From Microbotryum violaceum (lineage: Eukaryota), in the NCBI GenBank assembly GCA_001244265.2, contig LN717261.1, forward strand, positions 3,053,591-3,117,590: a DNA stretch of 64,000 bases, read 5' to 3'. Every line of letters begins with the position of its first letter. Positions within the stretch are counted from its first letter, which is position 1. A model generated the notes under the pieces. The model did no database searches, had not been told where the DNA came from, and worked only from the letters and a program-made list of their open reading frames with translations. The position numbers and the translations under genes are program-made. Below are positions 12,296 to 23,085 of this stretch, piece after piece.

Positions 12296-13164
12296 CAACG
12301 TCGTCAACCGATCGTTCGCTCTACATGCGAGAGCCATGAGACCGTTATGATGCTGCATAGCATTATTTCTTCGGTTACACGCGAAAACGATCCGACCCAT
12401 TATCGAGCGACAAAGTTGCGGCAAGTCAATAAACGCCATCATCAATTTGACTTTGACCAAGGGGCTGAGCTCAGGCAATAATTACGCACAAATGATACAT
12501 GTTGCTCCTCGAAACACCCCCGTTCTGCATCCGACCCAGAGCTATCCTCTTGAGCGTCCTCCATGTCAACGTCCGTAGAATCCGAGCTGAGTTTGTCGCA
12601 GTTTGATTCTTCGACTGGTGGTGGGTCTCCGCAGTGAGACAAGAGGTTGCGGATGCGTCCACTGATGCAAGAGTTGCTTTCGACGAATGCGTCAAGGCGT
12701 ACGTCAATCTGATCAGATGCCAAGACTTCGGGAGCCATGTCGTGGCTGGAGACGAAGACGGATTTGGTTCGTTTCATCTCTTTCACAATGATTGAGTCAG
12801 ACTGTACAGGTAGGATGCAAGTGTTTAAGAGGTCTTGCCGAGGTCTTGTATCCTGATCTGATATGCTGGAGTGTTACCCACCTGGTTGGCGATCCAATTA
12901 TTGATTAGGCCTCGTGCGTCTGGGCCATCTTCGCGGGCGAGTTGTATGATGAGATCAAGTACATGCTTGAGCTGAGTCCAATCACTGTTGAAGAGCTTTG
13001 TCCTATGATTGTGAACATCATCGTGTTGTGTTGATAGGCTGAAATACCACGAGAGGTATTGACATAGTGAGAGCTTGTGAAGCCGAAACAGGGCGAACAG
13101 ATCCGCTTGAACGGCGGCGATCCTGGCGAGTCGTCGAGTCATAGCGTCTGCGGTTGCGCGTCAT
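12290..13164 (-). pseudogene. N-terminal fragment of an Academ-type (DUF6589-like) transposase
   Basis: CRSIMGRIVFACNRRNNAMQHHNGLMALACRANDRL resembles the conserved NRRxNxxQxxNxLxxLAC motif I recall from fungal DUF6589 proteins; frameshifted and truncated. Confidence 0.55.
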
Positions 13165-13548
13165 TCTGAGATAAGCGCGGTGTTGCACCGAGAACAAGCG
13201 AAGAGCATAGTACCGGGAAGACGAGTGATGCGGAATGCGACGGGAGAGAAACCGATGCGCACACGCCGAAGTGCGGAAGCCGGCGGCTGCAGCAACGTGC
13301 TGCCGCTCGGACCACTCGGGACCAAATTGACCAAATTTACACACTTCAGATCATTATAGCTTCGCCTAGAGATGGGGTATCCTCTTGCGGTAGATCAATA
13401 ACATCTCTGCGTTTTGGATAATTGTAAGTACTTGCCACGCTACAGAGAACCACCCCAAAATGGCCAATTTCGGAGGGCAACTGGGCCAGGCGCGCCGATA
13501 AGTCCTACCCGCGCAACCCTCAATCTGGGCCCGTACCCATGTCGGGAC

Positions 13549-13638
13549 AAGAAAAATAAATAAATAAAAAATAAATAAAAAATAAAAATAAAAAAAATAA
13601 AAGAAAAAAAAAAGAAAAAAAAAAGAAAAAAAGAAAAG

Positions 13639-13716
<78 letters not shown>

Positions 13717-13729
13717 GAAAAGAAAAAAG

Positions 13730-13784
<55 letters not shown>

Positions 13785-13809
13785 GAAAAGAAAAAAGAAA
13801 AGAAAAGAA

Positions 13810-13870
<61 letters not shown>

Positions 13871-14020
13871 AAAAAGAAAGAAAAGAAAGAAAAAGAAAAA
13901 AAAAAAGAAAAAGAAAGAAAGAAAAAGAAAGAAAAAAAGAACAAAAGAACAAAAAAAAAAAAAAAAAAAAAAAAAAAGAAAAAGAAAGAAAAAAGAAAAA
14001 AGAACAAAAAAAAAAAAAAA
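13549..14020 (+). repeat. About 470-bp poly-A/(AAAT)n/(AAAAG)n low-complexity tract
   Basis: Almost entirely A/G on the + strand; source of the spurious poly-Phe ORFs. Confidence 0.97.
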
Positions 14021-14056
14021 GTTGTGACACTTCTGACACTTCTTTTGATGCCAAGC

Positions 14057-15860
14057 TCAGCCATTCAACTCAGCCCTTGTCAGTCCTCTACAGAAACTTC
14101 GTGATTGTGGGTCATTCGGATCCATCTCGTCTGTCAGCCCGAAAGGCTTCCCGCAGTCCAAGCACGCCCCGTCACACTCATGCACCGATCCGTCATCGCT
14201 TAGTTTTGACACCTTGCGTCGACAAGTAGTTTGCCCACATAATCGACAGTGCCTTGCCCCTTTTGTGGTACCCGCGCGCGTCAAAGCGCTGCTCGTGCCC
14301 AAGTCCGCGCTCGAACCAGCGTCGCTCGAGGCAGTTGCAACAAAGGGGAGGATGGATGACGTTGGAGGATTCGAAAAATCGACTTGTACCTCTGTAAGCC
14401 TCCCCAAGACAGGCGGTTTGTGACCGAGTAATGGCTTAGCCGCTAGCATGCTAACATCACGACCGCGGGAGGGATCGGTAAGCAAAGCTTGAATCACTAT
14501 GACGTCGTTCACACCCATGTTCATTGTGGCTTGAGCATTTGCCAGCGACGACCATCTCGGTGCCCATGTATTGACGTGCTCTGGCATCTGTGTGAGGATT
14601 GCGCTTCAGCTCAACATCACCATTCAGTGTGACACAGACGCGACATACTTTGTAAAAATGTCTAGTCCGTTGGCATACTTGTTCCAAAGCTCGGTAATCT
14701 CGAATATCCGACGATTTTGAGGAGCTCCCAGTCGTACCTTGCTTGAGAGATATCTGTATAGCGCTCGTTCGCTGGGTGTATGGACATAAAATACAGCGAA
14801 TCGAGTACCCTGACGTTTCGCTGGCCAGTCGTGGCGAAGCTTGCGATCGGTTGGCAGCCGGCTTTGCATATGCTGTATCGCCGGCGTGTTGTTTTGCAGC
14901 ATAGTTCCGTGGCGACCACTTGACGGGCTCCAAACGCAACGTCCCGCGCTCGACTTGATAGGGCTCGATCAAAAAGCGCATATGCGCTGTTGGCGACTGA
15001 ACAACAGGCACGATGCCGAACGTTTCGGTGGATGGGGTGTAGAGCAGCGGGTTGACTATATCTGACACGGTGGTTGAGTGCCGTGGGAAAACTGCCGAGG
15101 TTTTGCGCCTCAGACGATGTAATTCCACAGTGAGCCAGAGGTCGTAGTGCCCCACGAATGGTTTTCCGGTACGATTGAACGTCCCAACCTGCGAATACAA
15201 GGGATAATGGGTGAGAATGGTTGCCGTTTCTTCGAATTGCGATGGTGGAGTTGGACTGACCGTGAGATTGTGCACTAGCATGTAGTCAGCCATGCACGCA
15301 TTGACATGGCTCGGAGAAACACCAGACTTCGGAAACCGTTGGCGAAGGTTCCGATGGATGCCTCCTTCAAGTCTGTTGGTGTCGCGCTGGCAGAAATATA
15401 AACGGACACCGTCATCCGCCTTTCCATCTGGCCCTCGCAAGGCCCAAGGTCGGTGTACAGCTCGATGCCAACTGGATCCGATACTTGGCCTTTCCGAATC
15501 GCCTCAAGACATCTCTTCGCTGCCTCGTGCGCCGCTTTGTTGAAAAGTGGTTGCTTCGACTTCGCATCGACCGAGCTTCTCAAAGACCTCCCGGACCAAA
15601 GGCTCGAGAATGCCTGGCGGAGGGATCCATCGACGAACGCGTCTCCAAAGCTTCTTATTCCATACCGGCGAACGGACCGCTTCTTCCCACGTCATTCCGA
15701 ATTTTGCTAGGCGAGCCTCCATCAGGAGTCGATCACCCGCATTCGGGATGAAAACCGCATCGGAGAAGGCACGAGCAAAGGCTTTGGCAGCGCCATGTTT
15801 TTTGGACACATAGATCCGGTCAAAGAAATGCCAGAGATCGATTAGAATTTGCACAGCGGT
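14057..15860 (-). pseudogene. C-terminal half of a DDE transposase-like protein (MULE-related; DxxH and TNxxEGxH motifs), frameshifted
   Basis: DLWHFFDRI..KHG..F..AFSDAVF; RRWIPPP; PLFN; GQVSDPVG; LYFCQRDTNRLEGGIH; HNLTVGTFNRTG; Cys-rich C terminus. Confidence 0.55.
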
Positions 15861-16122
15861 ATCGTCTGAGGAAGGGACTAGTGAAAGGGGATGGTTCGAG
15901 ATACATACATCAGCTCCAGCCCCGGCGCCAGGACTGGCGCAAGTCCGTAGTAACTGACCTTTGCTTGTTGCAGCCTTGCCCCAGATAGCTTTGCCAACTG
16001 CTACATTTTACTCCGTGGTATCGGCGCTTCGTTTCCGAAAGAAGCTTGACAGCAGTTGCATCGTAGGATATGGCACGTTGCAGCATGAAGACAAGGGGAT
16101 GGCCGCGTGCCGCGCGCCTGAT

Positions 16123-16186
16123 TGCGCCAACTCAGTGCGCCAACTCAGTGCGCCAACTCAGTGCGCCAACTCAGTGCGCCAACTCA
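16123..16186 (+). repeat. 5 x 13-bp tandem repeat TGCGCCAACTCAG
   Basis: Read directly; no spacers. Confidence 0.95.
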
Positions 16187-16269
16187 AAAGTGCCAATGGT
16201 CTTTTGGGCTTTTGCTGCAAGAATTTGACCCGCCGATTCAGGCTCGCGCGCACGGACCTTCCCTCCCCC

Positions 16270-16434
16270 GTGGATGCTATAGCTGTGCTTCCCACACACG
16301 CGGGCCCACGGGCGGTACTCGCAACGCATGTTCCCTTTTGGGCCTTCACTGCGTTGTCGACGTTTCCCCTAGTGGATGCTATAGCTGTGCTTCCCACACG
16401 CGAGCTCACGGACGGTACTCGCAACGCACGTTCC
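16270..16434 (+). repeat. Two imperfect direct repeats of about 65 bp, 102 bp apart
   Basis: gtggatgctatagctgtgcttcccacac...ggtactcgcaacgca(t/c)gttcc at 16270 and 16372. Confidence 0.85.
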
Positions 16435-16590
16435 TGAAAGGCACGAGATTGCTCTCGAGCCTCACTAGTTCCGAGTCCAAACTAAAAGGATCAAACGGTG
16501 TAATTCGCAGGCGAAGAAAGACTACTAAAAGGACTAAGGTCAAGAGACACGGCGGCGCCGCGCGCGAGGGCAAGCGTGAGGCCGCAGAGG

Positions 16591-19500
16591 AGGACCCCCG
16601 AAAGCCCAGCCGGAGGCGCATTTTTTTTTTGACATTTTGAGGACCCAAAATCCTGAAAATCGTCGAGGCGCATCGCAAAAAAATGACATTTTGGGACGAA
16701 ACACACGTTTCGCCCCCGAGCCGCATGGCCAGATTTTGACATTTTCCCGTGAGTCGGCCCAATTTTGGCCTACCCTGAGCAGCCTACGGCATCGCTTTGG
16801 GCCCGTTTGCCTTCGCTTCGAAACGCGCATCGCGATGCTCGCGCTTGAACAAGTCACTAGCCATTTTCGCTAATCACTTTAGTTCAGTGGCTGTTAGAGA
16901 ATATTAGGGATTAGATACCCCTATCGAGTAAGATAAAAATGACGGGGCCCCTGAGGTTCCGTTCCGCTTCACTTCGTTCTGACACTGGAGCATAGCACGA
17001 CGAAATAATTCCATGCTTGTTTCTTGACGAAGATCAGGACTACTATTTGCACGACGATGACTTTGATCGATTATCGCCGCTCACCAACATGACGGTTGCC
17101 GAGCTCCTCGCCTTCGATGTCGCTCCCGCCGACGCGTCTCTTCACATCGAGTTGTCCAAAGACGAGCCCACCCAGTATTCGACCTTACCCTACCCGACTC
17201 TTCAGACCAGAGACGCGTTTCTCGCTACCGATGCTCTGATCAATGCACGCAAGAAAGGATATCGATCTTTGGCCGTCGGGTCGACGTGTTTGCCGCTCGG
17301 CTATGGTCAGAGTACGACCGAGCAAAAGACGTTCAAAGCTGGGCGCTGCGAGCTCAACGATGGATGGACAAAATTATCGTTATCAACGAAGTCGACCGCA
17401 ACCGTATCGCTGTCGCACGTCGCATACTGAACGGATTGCAATGGCAAGAGCAAGACGGGCTTCTACCATTGCCTCTTCTTGCAAGTGGAACGAGTTTGGT
17501 TTATCTCCTGAGATTCTTAAGTCAGTACACCAATCCTTCAGCTGGCCACTCGTATTCATCTCGTATCTGAGGCAACTTGCTTATTCGCGTCTCTACCCAG
17601 GTCATGATTGGCTCGGTGAAGCCGCAGTGAACTTGTCAATTGAAAGCGTCCTTCGAGCTGGACGAGTGCAGAATTCCGATTTCGAAACATCGTATGGACT
17701 TATACCCTCTACCGTCATCTCCTTGTTAATGGCTCGCCCTCCCGACTCGGATCCTCATTCGGTCTTCAAAGCCTGCTTTTTCGGCCCGCCAAACCAGTAT
17801 CGGAATCTCATCGAGCTAGGCGATTGCATGCGCAACACGCCGACGTCAAAGTCAATCTGGTTTCTACCCCTCTGCTCCAACAGCCATTGGGTCCTGGCCC
17901 GCATCAACATGCACAAGCGGACATGGTCTGTGATCAACTCACTCTCCGCCACTCCGATCACCGCGGCTACTCGGACGGCCGTCCTTACGCTATTCAAATT
18001 TCTGAAGCTGGACATCAGAAACGAGTTCCCTCATACTCCTAAGGCGGAACAACAGGAAGACAGCTACTCGTGCGGGCCGGCTACGATCAATGCAGTGGAG
18101 ACGGAGGTGCTCGGGATTGGGTCATTCAACGCAGCGCGCGCTCACATGTCACGGCTCCGTCAATTCTGTCGTTTATCCTCTCTGGTTGGTGCTGTCGAGG
18201 ATCCCAAAGAAATCGAATCCATCGTTGCCACGGGCGCAAAATCAAAGGCAAAGTCTGGGAGGGGATCCGCTGCCGGAACACTGAGCAGCAAGAGCACGTC
18301 GGCAGAGTCCGGCAAGGCAGCGACAATCAAGCCAACAAACCAACGAGTCGCATCATCCTCAAAGAACCCGCCAACTTCTCGACTCCAAACGACCTTCACC
18401 AAGGCATCGAAGCCGACGAAAGCTCGAGAGCTCACCCCGAGGAGCATACGACGTGGGCTCGCGACCATCCGCCTCTTTTCAGGAGGCTTGCTGAAAAAGT
18501 CGAAGATCTTTGCCCGGGATCGAATGTCAACGTCAACAATCCAAAATACGTGCGGTGTGGACGATGTTATGTCTTGGTGCCAATGGCGGCCTTGCTGTGC
18601 AAGGCACGATTTGAATTACATCTCGGCAATAAGAAGTGTGTCAACCTCCAACCCATCAGCAATTTTCTTCAGACCTATCGCCTGTGGCTCAACTGCTCCC
18701 AGCCCCTCGCTAGGACCGTGCCCCGGCCTTACGTCTGAAACGGCGATACATTGTCTTTCATCAACTGCGGCGCAGGGTGGCGGGGCCCCTCCTCGACGGA
18801 CGCTTTGTTTGCGCCTCTATCCCAAAATTGGTAAACGACCAATGACGGAGCTCGAGAGGAAGGAGGTGGACAAATTGGAAGCAAATGAATGGAAGTGGCG
18901 CAACGATCATCGAGCACCGCGCATCATCAGTGTGAATTGTTGCAAGTATAGCGCTCGAGATTCGATCAACAAGGACGGACCAAGCTTACCGTGTGAAGAA
19001 TACGCGAAGCTTCCTAAGAATTCATCCTGTCGAGCAGCTCTTCGACATCAATATGCTGCTGGCGCAACTCGCAAATACACAACAAGAAATATGTCGCGGG
19101 CGATACACTTCTCTCGGCCATCTACCGGCGACATCATGGACTAGAATAGATCCTGGATGACAACAGTCAAGGGACCGTGTATCTACGATTCGCGCAAGGT
19201 GTGGCCTCAGGAGAATTTGACGGAGCGAACATCTTGGAGGGATTGGTGAAAGCGGCTACGGTCAAGCACGATCGGATGGTCAAGGGCAAATCAATGCGAG
19301 GCTTTGTGCGGTCCGAAGCGCTGCGTGACTTCGATCAAGCCATGGCGCTGGCGTCTCCAATGGCTCTGAGAGTACTGCAGGCTACAATCGGCGCATCCAC
19401 AAGCCGAAAACTGCAGTGAGTACCGTCATTCTTTCGTTCTTCCAATTCAACCTCATACTGAATGATCGAGGTGCTTGCAGAATGGACCAAGCGACATCAG

Positions 19501-22500
19501 GCAGGATGCGCCTCGGCCTCGACAAGTCCAACATGGATCGTGTCTGCGCCAAACTCGAAGCAGACGACCTAACGTTCAATTTACACGTAGAAGACACGAA
19601 GTGTCGATCCAGGATGCGAACCACTCCATACTACTCAGAAGACCTCAGTTTAGAGCGCGAACTACGTACGAAGGGCATATTCCGCCACGAGCTGATCGGA
19701 TCAATTGGTCCGCCACGCATCTACGAAACTCCGGGTGAACTCCCTCATATGTTCAGCGGACCTGACCCCCGGTTGCTGGAACCAAAGTGAGTGACAATGA
19801 TTCTTTTAAGTTTGTACTTCATTTCCACGAGGCTTTAACATGTGTCGCCTCTTCATTCAGATCCGAGCTTACATGATAGCACCGAACGATGTTGGCTCCC
19901 CAGCACAGGTGTTTGCCGCTTTTGTGATCGGCGAAACTACGAACGCGGAGGACGCGACCGAACAGTTACATTCAGTGATACAAGAGTTAATAAAACGTTG
20001 CGTCGCACAACTTCTGGTATCCATCTCCGCAGATGGTGCGGCAAGCGAGGGTGTGCTGCAACGTAATGTTGCCGTCCTTCTGCGCGATCAGGGTGGCGCT
20101 ATTGCTCAAACCGGATCAAGGAACGCGTCATCATACACCCTCCCCTCCCCAGATCCGGACGGAGTGTTTCCTGAGATCATTATATCGACCGTCAACGTCG
20201 CGGGAACGCCGATAGTCTTCTGTCGGGACGAAAAACACCTGGCCAAATGTCTGAGGAACGCTATCGACTCTGGAGCAAGATTGCTGTCCGGTGATCTCGG
20301 ATGCATTGCCTACCAGGATATGCTCACTATCCTGGAAGGAATGGAGTCGCGTCGTACTCTGTCTCGTCGTGATGTGGTCGGGCGTGATCGTCAAGACGAC
20401 AATGCAACACATCGGGCATTCTCCAAGGCGACGCTCGAACTCGTAACCGAACTCGCTGAAGACAAAAAACTCGACCCCGATGCGGTCGTATACCTATTCC
20501 TATGTGGCGAGTTACACGATGCCATCCAGAATCGGTCGCTTCAGCCCCTTGAACGTATCAGGATGTTGCTCGTTGTCAGGTATACGTTCGAAGCGTGGTA
20601 TAACTTCGCCCGAAGTCGTCCAGGATATAGCTCGCACTCGTTCCTCGCCAAAGAAACGCTTGATGGGGTCAGGAAGATGGTTGACTCAACGATTGCTCTC
20701 GTCCGCAACTATCGAGATTTTTGGCCGAAGGAATCGTTCATTCCCTGGCGGCATGGCACAGAAATGGTGGAGCACTTCTTCGGGGGTATACGCCAGATTG
20801 TAAAGGAGTTCGATGCTCTAGAGTTCTTGCAGGTGCGTTCTTCATGAATCAATCTAATCTATACAGTAGTCAACCCGGCTAGAATCCGACAGGCAACTGG
20901 CAAAGTCACTGCACTCTTGGAGCTCATGAGGAAGTTTAAGACCGAGGCGGCGGGATCACGTCAAGGCTACCATCATACCTACAACGACCTCGACGATCTT
21001 GACCTTGTTGCGATGCGAACGTACCCCAGTGATGGCGACATCTCTCTCACCAGTTTTGCAGCGGCAAATACTGCGCGTGAACTGCTTTCAGGTTTACGCA
21101 TGTGGGAGCCTGTGCAACGCATCGCGTCCAACAGACGCAACCAAGGTCCGCAACCTGACATACTCGTCGAGGACGTACTCGCCCGTGGCACAACAGTTCA
21201 AGGTATGGAGTTGCGAACGAGTTGGTCTATAAGTGATGCGTATCTGACACGGGATACCATGCCCACTTGAAGTAGATCTTGAAGACCATCATCCTACCAA
21301 GGAAGATCAAGGTCTGCTCCGCACCGAATTGCTGGATTCTGCTCTTGATGGCATGCGGCGTAGCACGTGCCAAGGTGTTGTGAAACCAGACCCAAACGAG
21401 CGGGAAGCTGTCGACCGTGCAATTCGATCGCTTGCAGCTCTGGACTTTGACGTTGAGGCAGCCTTGTGAGTGGACACTTCTTTGTGCCACGTGCGCTGAA
21501 GCGTTCTTCTACCTTTTAATCCGGACCTCATATTGCTCTCCTTTCTCATTGGCCAGATTCGACGTGCAAATCGCTTACGACGAAGCTGATAGACAAGCTG
21601 AGGAACGCTACGTACTCGAGACCATTGAGAAGGCAAACAGCTCATTACGTCCAATCGTGCGTCTACCAAGCTCAACTAGCGTAATTTCGATCTGAGCTCA
21701 TGCATCTTCGGTACTATACAGCCTACACACTTGAAGCTTCCGCCTCTTGTTGATGCTCGCGATACCAGTTCCTCGCTGAACTGGGCCAGCTTGATTGCCC
21801 ATCGAGCTGCTCATGAGTGTAGCCACCTCAGAGCTGTTCTACTCAAAGGGAGGCCAATGTAATTGAGCGACACAAGTCGCGGAGAGGCAGGCTTAAAGAT
21901 TAGCAATACAGAGCAAGGACGCAGTGCAGTACATTCACGCGTCTTGAAAGGGTTGGTGCAGTCCACGGGACCATCTCGCTTCGAAGACATTGCGGGCACC
22001 GCAAGGAGCTTTCGCTGGACTGGAGGTGGCCAGGTGGCCCGAGCGCTCACAACAAGCGAGATTCAGAAGAACGCCTATATTGAGGATGGCCGCATTCAAG
22101 TGAGTTGTTGCTGAATTTAGGAACGAAAGCAACTGGATCTAATGTTTTGCTGGTCCTATACTTTTAGGAAAAGCTCCCTGAGAGAGACAAGCAGTATGGA
22201 GCGCTAGCACAACGCTGTCCTCATTTTGGATCGCTTGACGGAGCTGTAACCGCTGCCACACCATTGGAGATTAGATCTCTGATCTGCCTTGGCCTCAAGT
22301 TTGGCATGCATTCACTCAGCGGCGATCAAACTGTTTATGGAGAAGAAGCGCTGTCTATCGGAATTGGTACGTTGTTTTGAGTGGCAGTTGAGGAAGTTCT
22401 CGTTTGACACAAGTCTTGTGTCCTACAGTGCGACACATCTACAGCAGAGTGACAACAAACCACTGCAACCAAGACACGCTTGCCTTGTTGGTTCTACTCT

Positions 22501-23085
22501 CAAATGTCGTCGTACAGGAGCTTCGCCTCATCAAGAAAACATGCTATTCCACACACCTCATTGATGGTACTATGCCGTTCCGCATGATTGATGGTCGACA
22601 GGTCATCGAGTCATTAGGCCCGTCAACGACTACATATCGTTCAACCACGGACCTTACCTCATGTTACCCGGACGAGCGCCTAATCAGCACGAGCGCACAT
22701 GCCGAGCAAAGATTTGCCGCCCTTCGGAGCGTGCCCGGCCTGCGAGATGCCGCCGGCAGAACCTCTACAAGCCGCACAAATGCCACCGCGGAAACAAGGA
22801 GCTCAACTTCAGCAAAAAGGAAGTCTGCCAACGAAACAGCGAGCCAGCCAGCAAAGCAAGGAAGGCTTGTTTGAAGCGTGGAGCCACGCGCAACACCAGC
22901 CGAAGCGACGCGCGCCGCAAGCCACTTTCGATAGGCCGCCGCGCGCCCGCAAACGCTCGGAACGCGTTTTCGAGGACTTTTGAGCGATTTTTGGAGCATG
23001 TACAACACATTTTGATCATATTTCCGAGGCGCATGCGAAATTTTGACATTTTGGGGCCAAAATAGGATTAAAAACTTTGACAAAA
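16591..23085 (+). mobile_element. Near full-length copy (B) of the Ulp1/P-like DNA transposon; right TIR lost at a Helitron insertion
   Basis: Left TIR AGGACCCCCGAAAGCCCAGCCGGAGGCGC at 16591; 22900-23085 is homologous to the reverse complement of the subterminal region 1370-1560 of copy A. Confidence 0.8.
16939..22874 (+). pseudogene. Spliced Ulp1-like protease + zinc-finger + P-superfamily-type DDE transposase gene, with several frameshifts
   Basis: ATG 16939 with an intron ending 16995, in frame with 17017. Protease motifs HWVLARI (17885), INSL, QQEDSYSCG (C 18071). Transposase motifs VEDTK (D 19593), ISADG (D 20032), DEKHLAKCLRN (20227), TEMVEHFFGGIR (E 20770). Confidence 0.75.

Larger units (their letters stand above)
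11130..13548. mobile_element. Internally deleted AcademH-like DNA transposon (convergent RecQ-like helicase and transposase genes, long imperfect TIRs); exact ends uncertain
   Basis: 11561-11635 is an imperfect inverted repeat of about 13430-13502 (cttatcggcgcg...agttgcc...ctgtagc(a/g)tggcaa). The helicase 5' fragment (+) abuts the transposase 5' fragment (-) at about 12295. Confidence 0.6.

Noticed and set aside
13366-14064. 232-aa and 204-aa poly-Phe/Ser ORFs
   Set aside because: Translation of the A-rich microsatellite; not coding.
16123-16434. Repeat arrays as a CRISPR
   Set aside because: No unique spacers in the 13-mer array, only two long repeats, eukaryotic context and no cas genes.
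17243-19144. 633-aa ORF as a standalone host SUMO protease
   Set aside because: It lies inside TIR-bounded element B and is a frameshifted piece of the larger transposase gene.
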